This document shows, in pieces, positions 44,214 through 56,800 of a stretch of 64,000 nt of DNA. The DNA comes from Chrysomallon squamiferum (taxonomy: Eukaryota; Animalia; Mollusca): assembly GCA_012295275.1 (NCBI GenBank), contig CM022665.1:38502001-38566000 (forward strand). The letters run 5' to 3'. The position numbers and the translations under genes are program-made. Positions within the stretch are counted from its first letter, which is position 1. Each line of letters starts with the position of its first letter. The notes under the pieces were generated by a model. That model saw nothing but the letters and a program-made list of their open reading frames with translations. It ran no database searches and was not told the DNA's origin.

Positions 44214-47200
44214 AGAAAAAAAAAAAAAAATATATATATAAATATTATTAAAAATATGATAAAATAAATCAAGATTATTTAATAAAATTATATATACATT
44301 TAATCTAAAACATATCCTGTCGTTAGAAATCCATACATAATTTATAAATATAAAATAAAATATATCTAATGAAGTGATTCTTTTTATTCGAAAATCATAT
44401 TTATAAATTAAGAATTTGAAGGAAAAAAACCACCAAACAAGCAAGCAAGCAAGCAAACAAACAAAAACAAAAAACCTCAGAAAACAAACAAACAACATAA
44501 ACATTAATTTAACAAATAAATAAAAATAATAACATGTTTTAAAATGTTATCTATAAATTTTACCCAGTATTTATTAACATCTGTTAATATATGCAATATA
44601 TATGGACGAAGATAACTATAATAATATTTTTTTTGTAATAACACGACAGTAGCATAATAATAATAATAATAATAATAATAAAACACAATGCAGTTGTGAC
44701 ATTAATTTTTAAAAAGTTGTGAATTAATACTCTCAAGGACGTATATATGTAATCCTTAGTAGAGTTTCTCGTTTTCAGTCTTCCGTGGCAGACCTCTCTT
44801 TGTGCATATAATTTGTACCAAACATAAAATATGTTAAGAAGAAGAAATGTAAAATATACGGATAACATCTTTTGACGTCTTCCCTTAAACTAGTTTATTG
44901 TAATTTAAATTTCCATTACTAACAGATATAATCACTTGCTCTGTAGTTTGTTATATCCTAATTTCAGTTTGGAAATCCCATTTCAGATATCAAACTGTTA
45001 TTATGTCAACAAAATATACATTATTACAAAAACATTTACGATAATTATGTTACTTTATTAACTCGAAATAAAACCTCTTTCCACCTTTTTTCAACTAAGA
45101 AATTGCTTTTTATGCGTTTCTGTGGTGCTCTTTAAAAGGAGGAGGACCTTACATTAAACCAATCAACGATGGCTTCTTGCGAATAAGTGGTATAAACAAA
45201 TGTCAAATTGAACATTATTATAATAGCAAAACTAACTTTTATTAGGATATCGGCTCATTAAGAGGTACTAAAACTAATTGCCATTTATTTGATCTCGATT
45301 TATATTTAATTACTAAATCATTATAATCACTCTACGCAGGAATGAGAAATGTATAATGATAATCTGCCCGTCAACTTTTTACTGAATCGAGACGTTTAAA
45401 TATTAAAATTAAAAGCGATTATGCATCATAAGTTGAATTTGTTTAATCCTATACTTATTTAATCATATATATAATATGTAAGAATATTTATATAATAAAG
45501 ATATAATATTATCATAATTAGGAAGACACAAGTAACAACCCAACACTGAATACGCATGTATTATGTAACTCTGTGACAGCATTTTCAAAAACCTCATTTA
45601 AAATAATACAAAGATATTATTCGTAGCACTGATATGAAAAAAACAAACAAAAAACACCACGAATTTTTATCAGAATAAAATTTGCCAGTATGTTTCTTTC
45701 ATAATCTATGGAGAAACTGTGATTCATTTCAGTCATCTGGCAACATAAACATTGAATATCTTATTTAGATTTAAACCAGTATACATGTATTATAGATCAA
45801 AGTAAAACTTTAGATGAGTCCTAATGCTATACTGTATCTGTAAGCATGTTGCTAACGCTCATGCATTTTAATTAATTAATTAATTGCACCATAAACTCAA
45901 ATGTGACTTAATTATGTAATTCTCAAAAATTCCATAGAAATTAAAGCAGTATACAAAAAGATAATTTTTCAAGACTGATAAATTGTAGAGGACATTACAT
46001 TTTCAAGCATTTTTTTATCATTAATTTTTCTTATGTCTTCATTATATAGACATCAGAAAAATTTATAAATCTAAGTTGCTAAGAACTGTCATTGTAATCA
46101 ACATTTTTATCAGAAAGAAAATATTATCTATAGTTCAAATATTATGCCATATAATTACTAAAAGACATTGGCAGCAATAGAAAAATTAAATATCTGCTAC
46201 CCAAAATATCTGTATGAAATTTAGCAGACAATGAGAGAAATGCATAATTTGTAACTTTATATGATTTAAAGTCCTGAATAAGCTTGCCTTAGTCAGACGA
46301 TAATAATTCTGAAACAGTACATTTGTCTGTTGATTCTCAGTTTGTTTATCAAAGATCACATATCAAGAAATGAATATGATAATGAAGCTGAATATGCATC
46401 CTATGTCATGATGTTTGTTGTTTTTGAAAATATGAATGAGGAAACCCCCTTCAAGGAAAGCAAAAACACATTGTGAAAATAGGGCGACCTTCCGCTTTTG
46501 TTGCATACCTAAGTTAAATAAGGTTAAACACTAAAGTAGTGTTCTGGTATACTGTATTAAAAATTATTGCTATAATTAAAAGCATTTATCATTTTATGTA
46601 TATGTTACATGTAATTCCAGTGACAGTTTCACTGTTCTTCATAAAAGGTGTTTTGCCAATTATGTTTTGAAATACACTTTGACTTAATCATCAGTTAGTT
46701 TCAAGCAATGCCAGAAATTATTTTTCCAGTGATTTTGTATATATTAATAGAGGCAAACCTGTAAAGAGTCAGTTATCAGTATCACATGTACTGGGTATGA
46801 TTAAAACAAATTCTGATTTGTTAATGGAAAACAGTTACAGTCTTACTTTTATATCTGTCAGGTTAATTATCTATATATATATAAATGAAAGTAATGGTAA
46901 TTTTTAAAATTAAATTGTCCATTATGGATATGCAGTGCTTTTGAACACATACATGTTCACAAGAAACTGTATTTCATAGTTGTATTTAATTCACATTTTT
47001 TAACTTGTTTCAGCACAAAGCACAAAAGAAAAAACATTTTATTGTAACAAATAGTTTGAAGTGATGTTAACATATACTTGTTGCATTTAAATTTTAATTT
47101 TTTACATTTTTATTTGCAGCAGGGAACAATGAGAAATAATGTTTTGATAAAATGAATTAATGAAATGTCTTCTGAAGAACCATTTGTTTTCTGCTTAATG

Positions 47201-47225
47201 ATAAAGTACTGAAACTGCATCAACA

Positions 47226-47238
47226 ATGAAAGTTTGGG
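47226..47238 (+). CDS. DUF1647-like gene coding exon 1 (MKVW)
   Basis: acaATG with in-frame upstream TAA at 47202; donor G|gtaaat; exon acceptor ttgcagcag at 47114-47122. Confidence 0.65.
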
Positions 47239-50200
47239 GTAAATATATTTAAAAAAAAAAAATGACAACTGTAGTTTCTTATCATCATCATGACAAAGAT
47301 TATAATTAATTATTTATAAAATGTTATAAGTTTTAAAACATCTTCCATAATAATTTACTATTATCATAAATCATACATTTTTATAGATAAAATTGTATAC
47401 CCAGTAATTTACATCTCTAAAGGGTATTTTAAAATAGAAAATTATTATTTGTAAGAACAAAATAAATTTCATTGTTCTGTGTGAAATGTATTTTTGTTGT
47501 TTTTCAGGTATCAATAAGGTTTGGTGTTGGAAGGTGATAAAGGGAAGTCTTATCTTCATTAGTGTTGTCTTAGGTGGGTGTTACATTATTGCAGAATTAA
47601 CATACCTTCAGTGTGTCAATATCAGGAATTTGTTTTCACATTTCTGTACATAATGTCACAATAAAAGTTAAATGAGAGCTCCACCCACACACATACACAC
47701 AAAAATCTGTACAAAAAAGCTTTTGCGATTTATCTGTTTGTTTAATGTAAAACAACATTTTATGTGTGATACTGAACAGTGAAGTTTTAAACCATTTAAG
47801 AAATTTATTTTCAGTGTTTCACTGGATAAAAGGAGCCGTCAGCAATGATATTTATGAGTCATACTTGACAATTCCAAGACCTTCAGGTAAATCTGTATTA
47901 ATATTAAGACATAATGCCTATTAGTATGGAAGTGGATCAGTTGGTTCCAGAGATGAGAACTGATCCTAACATCAGTCATGTTTCAGAACTTCATTCTAAT
48001 GCCTGAAAAATAGTGTGTGTAGTATCTAAAGAAATTAACATTTTGAAGTGATGAAATAGCAAATGTTTAATATTAATACTCAGATGTGAAATATGTTTCA
48101 CTTTGGATGATATCAGAATTTTGGAAATTGTGTTTGCTGGGCAAAAATGAGCATTCTAAAATGAAAATTTAAAATGTAAATGTTCCAGGAAATGTGATAT
48201 TTTAATTGTAATCCTTATATTTAAAATATATTTACTCTCAATTTAGATAGCACCTAACCTTGGTAAATTAATATAATTTTTATTATTGTTAATTTTATTT
48301 TATTTTGTTTCTTTAGTTAGTTATGGGAGAACTCCAGAAAATAATTTGTATTTCTGCATTTATGAATTAAATATACTTTTACGTTGTTAAAATATTTTGT
48401 TTTCAGGAATCATCAATGTGCAATTCACCAGAGATACAAAGCCTGGTTTGGAGCATGTTTATGAAATAAAAATGAGTAAGTGTTATATATATATATATAT
48501 ATATTTTCTTTAAATAGTTGTTGGCTAAATTAATTGTGGTCGTTGTGATAATGTATATTAAGTCTAAGTATGAAGCTCAGTTTCATTATTTAACTAAAGA
48601 GAAATACAGCTAACTTTCAAAAGCAGTCAAGGCCTGAACTAATAAACAAAACAAAAATGTTTTGAATTTAAGAAAATAAATAAATGAAAGGAGTAAAATA
48701 AAATTAGACAGAATTATTATTTATTACCATTGTTGTTGTAGTTGTTCTTGTTATTATTGTTACCATCATTTATTACTATTATTATAATAATTATTATTCT
48801 TTTGAAAAGTGAATTTAATTAAAATGGTTGACTATCTTTCAGGTACTTGAGTAATTTTGGGCTGGAGATAAAGGAAATAAGTTAGAGTTAAATTAAATTA
48901 CTTGTACTTTCTAGATAATTATGATCTTTCTCAAGGGTGCATGTCTAATTCCTTCATCTGTTAAGTGACAGAGGTTTTCTGTTATAGCTAACTGGTCAAA
49001 CTGTGGTATATGCTGTTTTTCCATAGGGATGATTTTTAACACAGTGGTTTTTTAATGGTTGTGGTAAATTATATCTTTAACTTGGGCTTATTGGATTTAT
49101 ATACAGATTTTTTTAATTTCCCCATGACTTGATAAAATAGCTGACTTTTACATTTAATCCATTTAATTTTTCTTCTTTTGATGTTCCACCCCATTTATTA
49201 AAATAAGTGTAGTAAAATGAAAATATATTGTTTTGATTTGTGGATTTGTAGGATACGAGCAAGTGGCTGACACCTTGTATTCTACTGCATTCAACAATGT
49301 TTCTTGTGAAAATGTGGAAAATGGTGGTCAGTTTAATTTTGTTCCTGACTTGTTACCTGTGTTCCTTGTAAACTTTGTCTGAAAATTAAATACTAATCCA
49401 ATTAATAGTATTGCATGGAAATAATATGCTTTTAAATAATAATAATTATCTACACATTTTTGGTTCATTTTATTGGTAAACATATTTCTATATTAACATG
49501 GAAAATATTTTCTCTTAAAGTTTTTGTTTTCTATTTATGGCACTACTTAAAAGTACAATACTAAAAATTTCTTTGAAAATATTTTTAATTAATTAGTTTT
49601 GTAAGTTTATATTTCACTTTTGCAGTTCTTTAAATAACATAAAGAAAATAACTAGTTTTATAATATAAACAGAGTTAACAATGAATAATTTCAGTATATT
49701 GATAATTACACCAGTAAGAATAAAATTATAATTAAGTCAGTATTTATTTATTTATTATTTATAATGTAGTTTAGTTTGAGAGTAATGGTTGTTTTGTTTG
49801 CAAATGTCAATTGTTGAATTTTTTTTTCAAATGCTTTATTAATGTACACTTCTGTTTATTTTAGTACGAGTTCCTTGTGTTGACACTACATGTAACAAAG
49901 CCTTTTCAACTCCTGAAGACAACTTGGAAAAAGTTTACAATTACCCAATAGGTGACTACAACAAATACATAAACAAAATGAAAGACTTTATAACTTCAAC
50001 TAAGTCAGAAACAAACCAGGAAATAGTTTTGGTTACTGGAGCAACATCAGAATTCTTCTACCCATCACAAGGACTCCTGCGAGAATTGCATGAGAAGATT
50101 ATTCGTTTTTATAACAATGTTTTTATTGTGTATTATGATCTTGGCTTATCTTCCTGTCAGCGCCATTTAGTAAGTGTTACTATGTACTGAAGTAAGTTAA

Positions 50201-52045
50201 AAGTATCAGAATTCTTTAAAAAAGAAGGTAAAAATGTTGCAAAATATTAAAAAGAACCTAAAGTTTGTGAAACAGAAAAATGAAAAAAAAAAAAAAAATA
50301 ATTGAAGCTCTATTTTAATTTAAGTATTGTCATTGTGTTTTGAAAACTTAATTTTCTTTTTAATATTTCTCTGATAGAAATAAAAGATAAACTGTTAGTT
50401 TTGATTGGTTGATGAATTTTTGTTTTTTAAAGTAACAAGAATAGAAATAAAAATCAGGGACTTTTTCCATCTGATGTAACTTTTTATTTTTTTATTATTT
50501 TTTTTGTGTGAGTGGTGTTTGGTGCTTTTTATTTTATTGTATATGTTTGTTTCACATGAATATTATTATTTAATTAATTAAAATTTATCTCAAATTTCTA
50601 TATTTTTAGATTCAAAAATACTGCCGATGTGAAGTTAAACCCTTTCCATTTGAAATATTTCCTGATCACGTGAAAAATCTCAAAAACTATGCGTGGAAAC
50701 CTCTAGTTATTAATGTATATACTTTAGATATCTTTTAGTTTAAGTGTACTGGTGATTTTACAATACAATAGCCTATTTACATTCTGTTCCATTGTTTTAT
50801 TTGTTTTGCACACTCATTTTTTATGACAGTTGAATCTAATAATAACTTAGTAGGCATGGAATCTAGCATTTAACCTTTTTGGGATATAAAATTCTTTTTA
50901 AATCTATTTTTCTGGATAGACATGGTTTATCTGAATTAGTTAAACACATGTTTATAAAATAAAAAATTTGTTATTATAAAATATTGGTGTGAAAGAATAT
51001 AGAACAGTTACCATGAAATTAGATAAAATATTTTTAAGACTCTTTGTTGGTATGCAGGTACACCTCAAGATGATAAATATAATGAGTGCATGCACCTGAT
51101 TTTTAAGTAATTCACCAAAAAGTAATTGGTTTTCATCAGGCAAAAATGAATTATTATTAAAAGAATATTAATTTATGATGCATACATGCATATATATTTT
51201 ATTTTGTCTTGTAACATAAAATATTGCACACTGCATGTGTTGCACCTATGCCAAATACCAGTATGTCAGTTATTTTACTTGTAATAATAAAAAAAGAAAA
51301 ACAAAGAAAAAAAGAAACCAAAAATACAGTAACTGTTCAGCTGAAACATTTTGCTAAAAAAAGAAAAAGTATTAAAAACATTTTCAGAAATACAAACCAA
51401 TAATATGATAATGGGAATTATTTTAAAAAAATAATACAAAAATGTATGAAGAAATTATATAAATGTTACTCTTTACTTTTAATGCAAATTGTATTCTGTA
51501 AATGTTTTTATTTTATTTTTATTTTTGTTCTCTTTTAGATGGAACTGCTACAGCACCAGATTGTAGCTTGGTTTGATACATCTGTCAGGCTGAAACCTCA
51601 GTTTGTGGCAGATGTGTTTAGAAAAGTAACAACTCTAGGAATAATGGTAGGTTATGGAGAATATTCTCTAGCACAACAAACAGACCTCAGCATGTTTAAA
51701 TGGTTCAAAGAAAAGCCATGTACCTTTTCAAGCTTCTACGAGATTCAGCCTGGACTTATATTCTTATACAGAAGTAATTTTGTATTAAATATTATTAAAC
51801 CATGGATATCATGTGCTTTAAACAAAAATTGCATTGCACCTAAAGGTTACAAATATGACTGTGATAGTTCCAATGTGTTCTATGGAAAGTGTCACAGATT
51901 TGACCAATCAGCACTGAGCATTATATTAACAAGACTGTTCAAGCAATCGAGAGCTGTGTTGCATTTAACAAAATTTGTACTTAAAAAACAATTACCTGTT
52001 CACTATTTTCCTGAAGAACCTTCTATTTTGTGTTCATTGTTTTAA
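47226..52045 (+). CDS. DUF1647-like type II membrane protein (putative GT-A glycosyltransferase), 8 coding exons, 403 aa
   Basis: Exons 47226-47238, 47508-47573, 47815-47886, 48407-48475, 49252-49326, 49865-50169, 50610-50714, 51539-52045 join in one open frame (1212 nt). N-terminal hydrophobic anchor (SLIFISVVLVFHWI); motifs VLVTGATS, IVYYDLGL, FP.HV.NL.NYAWKPLVI, WFDTSVR, PWISCAL..NCIAP and CHRFDQSALSIIL are typical of DUF1647 proteins (recognised from memory, not an HMM hit). Confidence 0.82.
47508..47573 (+). CDS. DUF1647-like gene exon 2 (signal anchor)
   Basis: tttttcag| acceptor, TAG|gtgggt donor, phase 1-1; INKVWCWKVIKGSLIFISVVL. Confidence 0.72.
47815..47886 (+). CDS. DUF1647-like gene exon 3
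   Basis: ttttcag| acceptor, CAG|gtaaat donor, phase 1-1; FHWIKGAVSNDIYESYLTIPRPS. Confidence 0.75.
48407..48475 (+). CDS. DUF1647-like gene exon 4
   Basis: ttttcag| acceptor, A|gtaagt donor; only the phase 1-1 frame is open: IINVQFTRDTKPGLEHVYEIKM. Confidence 0.72.
49252..49326 (+). CDS. DUF1647-like gene exon 5
   Basis: tttgtag| acceptor, G|gtcagt donor, phase 1-1; YEQVADTLYSTAFNNVSCENVENG. Confidence 0.72.
49865..50169 (+). CDS. DUF1647-like gene exon 6
   Basis: tattttag| acceptor, TTA|gtaagt donor; VLVTGATSEFF...IVYYDLGLS. Confidence 0.88.
50610..50714 (+). CDS. DUF1647-like gene exon 7
   Basis: tttttag| acceptor, AAT|gtatat donor; IQKYCRCEVKPFPFEIFPDHVKNLKNYAWKPLVIN. Confidence 0.9.
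51539..52045 (+). CDS. DUF1647-like gene last exon
   Basis: tcttttag| acceptor; WFDTSVR...CHRFDQSALSIIL; stop TAA at 52043-52045. Confidence 0.9.
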   Translation: MELLQHQIVAWFDTSVRLKPQFVADVFRKVTTLGIMVGYGEYSLAQQTDLSMFKWFKEKPCTFSSFYEIQPGLIFLYRSNFVLNIIKPWISCALNKNCIAPKGYKYDCDSSNVFYGKCHRFDQSALSIILTRLFKQSRAVLHLTKFVLKKQLPVHYFPEEPSILCSLF

Positions 52046-53220
52046 CATGTTGTTAAAGTTTGTTTATTTGTGGTTACATATATATTTTTTATTATTTATA
52101 TATTTATGGATTCACAAATTCCATTTCAGCACTTAAAATTTGACTTTGATTATATAACAAGTAGTTATAATACAGAGTTAAAAACAAATAATAATAATTT
52201 GTTTCTTATGCATTCATTATTAAAGTCATTGTTTCAGTCTTTCTTGTGTACATTTAAGCCATTATATGGTTTGTTTTTAAAATATAATTTAATTTGGATA
52301 CTACAGTGCACATATTTTTACAATGTTTTGTAAATAATTATAATTTATAATTTCACTTGTTTATTACTGTTTTATTAATTTTACAGTTCTCACAATGAAT
52401 CAAATGTCTTGCACTTGTGAATTAAAATATTTATTAAATAAATACATTGATTTCAGGCTTGATATTCTCTGTGTGTTAGTAAAGATTTTTAGAAATTCGA
52501 AAAAACTATTACTAAATCCAGTGAAACTGTTTGAGAGTAGATTTACTTTCTTGTTTCATTTTAGTAATGTTATATTTGTAAAGAGAAAAAAAAACAAAAA
52601 AAACAAACAATAAAACAAACAAACAAACAAAAAAATACTTAAAGCAGTTATTCCCAACTTAATTTTGATACAGTCCTTGGTTTCCATAACAAATTTCTCA
52701 GGTTGTAAAATCTTTTATATCCATGAACAACAACAACAACAACAAAAAAAAAAAACCCAAACAAAAACAAACCAACCAAAAAAATATAAAAAAAATAGAA
52801 GATAAATTATAAAAAAGAATGCACATACTTTGATGTGGAGAAGCTCAGAATTAGTTTAAAATTTAGTGTAATATGTTACAGAAGTAAATACAAATAAAAC
52901 AATCACAGTGATGTTTGCTGCAGATTCAAGGTGCTGGTGGATCAAAGAAACATAACTCTGGCTAAAGCACATTTATTAGCTTTGGTTAACTCATGGGCCT
53001 TATTATTCTTAAGTACATGGACAGAATTTCAATAAATGCTTTATCCAGCAACACTTCAAGATGCTCAGGTTTACTACATGCTCTGTTTTTACCAACTAAT
53101 CCATTATTTTAAAAAGACAACTGAGATTCACGGACGGCTTGCGAGAATCATCTGTGGAAGTAAATAATTAATAAAACATTGTGTTATTGTGTAAACCTTT
53201 ATTGAAATTTTATGTTTAAT

Positions 53221-53281
<61 letters not shown>

Positions 53282-53681
53282 TTTATCATCTTCCTTACAT
53301 ATAAAGCATATATATTTCTCAAAAATGTTATACAGGAATAAATTTAAACTTTCGTCATACAAAATAAACATTTTGGCTTTTTCTGACTTAAAACACTCAG
53401 ATGAAATAATTATTAATTAAAATTCATCATCAGCCAACAATAACTGATGTATATTTTCAAACCCTTGTCAGTATTTGACAGCATAAATATAGATAATAAA
53501 ATATTGTAAATTAAGTATCACAATGTATGATAAAAGAACTTTTGGGTATACAAAATATTTCAATACTGTATAAAATAATATCTAAATAATACAATGTGTA
53601 TTAAAACAGCTTTTGGACATTCATCACAATGCATATTAAAAGACCGTTTGAATGTCCACAATGTTATGAGATAATGTTTCT

Positions 53682-53881
53682 TTATAACAAATTAGTCTGT
53701 GATACTGAAATTATTGCCTTGTTCAGTGAATCCTTAACTGTTACAAGAGCTGTGAGCTGCAGTCCAGCTTCTTCATAGCCTCGATCATAAAGATGCTGAA
53801 TAAATGTATACCATTTTCCAATGATGGTTACTTTGTCATTCATCACCAGAGTTTTCAGTGAATATACATGTTTGGATCCAT
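53682..53881 (-). CDS. CLHC1: CLHC1 last coding exon
   Basis: attttcag| acceptor; LKTLVMNDKVTIIGKW...stop TAA at 53684-53682. Confidence 0.88.
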
Positions 53882-56800
53882 CTGAAAATAAATAACAGTT
53901 CATATGATAATATTAATTAAATAACAGTTTCTTCAATAAAAATGAAATAAAAACTATTAAACATACAAATATTAATAGAGTATGTTAAATTTACACTTGT
54001 CTTCATCAAAATCATTTAACCTTCATTTCAAAATATTCATTATATCAATATTCTCTAAGCAGTTTGGAAATACAGAAAAACACGAAAATACTCAGACCAT
54101 TATTAATAACAAAATAAATAGTTACATTGTTCCCAATCTCATCACTGTTTCTTGGAAATCTATATCAGATTTTTTTGTTAACTTAATTTTAATGTTGGCC
54201 AACTTGAGCTAGCTGTAAACATGACATATTAATTTCTAAAAGCAAACCTTTCTGCTTGCCAGATTTCAGTTCCTGGATAATCTGTGCCAGAAGACGTGTG
54301 CTTTCTGTTTCCACCAAAACTGAACACACATCTCCGAAAGAGAGAAGTGGTGGAATATTTGTATCTTCCTCAATCAGAGCTACGACCAGCTGGTAGCATG
54401 GACAGTTGCGCAGCATTTCCTTGAGGTGTGGTTCATCCTTAATGAGCTTGTTTTTCGCATACTGCAGCCCTGCGTGCACTCGTCCTTGTCGCATTAAGCA
54501 GTCAACCACTTTCTGATGTGTACGAAGACGATGGAAGACATTCTGTGCAAGAGCCTGGCAATTGCACATGCATGGGATTGAACATGTACAGTGGTTTTGA
54601 ATCATTTTGCCAATTTCCAAGGATACAGTTAATCTTCACATGAAAAACAATATTAAAAAAAAAAATAAAAAAATAAAAATTATATAAAAATAAAATAAAT
54701 AAATAAAAAGCAATATAAATAAATGCAGTGGTACTTTGACTTAAGAGTGCCCCAACTTATGAGTTTTCTGAGTTATGAGCAGCCGTGTGGTTGATTTTTA
54801 GCTTTGAGTTGCAAGTCAGATACACTGCTGTTAGTTGGTGCAACAAACAACACAAAATCCAGCCAGCATCTTGCATCTCACTCATTTGCTTCACATGGTT
54901 ACCTTGCCCAGAACCATCTCTGTTGTGTTTGCATTTTGTGCAGTATTTTGCTAAATTTCTTTTTTCTGACCATGGATTGTAAGAAAGTGAGTGCAAAGGA
55001 CAGTGCTGAGAAGAAGAATTGGATGATGACCATTGAATTAAAGCATGAAATCATAGAAAACATGAGGCAGGTGTGAATGTAGTCGACTCGGCTAGACAGT
55101 ACGAGTTTAGTACCATACTGAAGCTGAAGGAGTTGATAAAGGCTGTAACTCCAGCCAAATGCGTTAAAATAATTTTGTCTGATCTCCAAGATAAATACAC
55201 TTTACAAAACCAATTTATTTCTTTACATTCTCTTTTATTTTGTTTTTTATCCAATATTTTTCATTTATAAATAGATTTTTCTTATTTAAAAACACATTAC
55301 AAAACAACGGGGGAGGTTTTGGGGGGCTGGAACAGATTAATGGTATTTCAGTTAATTTCATTTGAGAAGATTGATTTGATATACAAGCAGATTTGAGTTA
55401 TGAACTCAGTCATGGAATGAATTAAACTCAGTCAAGGAACCACTGTAACAATAATGAAAAACAAAGAGAAAATTCTGAAAATATGATGCTATATACTTCT
55501 GTAATGTAGCAAACCATAGTTTTCACACAGTAAATAAAACAATTATAAACTGTACCACTTATTCTTTGATATTAACTCATCATAGCTAATCCATAACTGT
55601 GATTTAAAGTGATTCTCTTTCTAAGTGGTAGAGCTGAGATAAAAAAGGACACATAATCAAATCTCTTTAACAAACTTTTTGTGCTATTTAATATTCTAGC
55701 AATGCACTACGACTAGTTTACTGAATGTGGTGAATATGTCTTTCCTGTCTATGGGAAGGTAGACCCAAATATCAATAAGAATAACCCATTGAATGTTAGT
55801 AGTAAGTTTTTCTCTCATATTATTATTATTGTTATTATATAAACTATGAAATATAGGATGGACGCTTATGAAATACTAATATTAAAATGTGTTGGGTTGT
55901 TGTTGAACATCAAATAGTTTCATATTACCTATCCTGGGCTAGCCAGTGATACAGCAGATCTAGCTTGTTTTCGTCCAGTGCACACCTAACACAGTCTGCG
56001 GAGAGACTTTCATTGGGTTTTGAACCAGCAGCTTTCACAGAAGACATTAAGGCATCACAAAAAGCTAGAAGAGGTGATCGGCCAGTGTATGGTCCTTTGT
56101 AGTCTGTGACAAAAATAGAAAAAAATGAAGCATGTAAAAACCAATGTTTAAAAATGATTCTAGCTTATAGGCTCACAGTATGTTTTGCTGTGTGTATGAA
56201 AAAATATGAATTCGTATTATATTTGATAAGAAAGCCGATTCTAAGGTGATATTATAAGTGGTTTAAAATTCCTTTCTTACAGGTGGGGTAATGTTAAAAA
56301 ATAAAAATAAAATAATAAAATAGGCTTCATTTTCAAAACATTAATGCAATGTGTGATATATATGACAGAATATCACTGTTAATTTTACAGTGTTGTTTAA
56401 GGATTTGTAATCAATTATATTTGTATTTTATTAATTAAAAATAATAATGAAACTCAATTTATCAGCACTGGTTTGCAATATATTTTAAAAAAGACAATAG
56501 TCTATTTATGGACACACTATAAACTTCTAACACTTGTTAACATTTTAGTTAGTTTCTTCAGTTCTTTCATTTTGGAATAATTAATCATTTGAAAGCAACA
56601 ATAACAATAAAAACACTACTAATAAAACCAAATACCACAACACCAAGAAAAAAAGAAAAAAGAAAAAGAAAAAGAGAAAATAATAAAAAATAAAAAATAA
56701 ATCCAATACCTATATATTAAAATTTATAATCCAATAATTTATGATAACAGAATTTAAAAACTGACAAACCCCTGAATTTTGAAAGTGTGGCTTGTGTCCT

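Noticed and set aside
48843-48880. Possible extra 38-nt exon in the DUF1647-like gene (ctttcag|GTACTTGAG...)
   Set aside because: Joining it to the phase-1 upstream exon gives an immediate TGA and the gene is in frame without it; at most a poison exon, with no support from sequence alone
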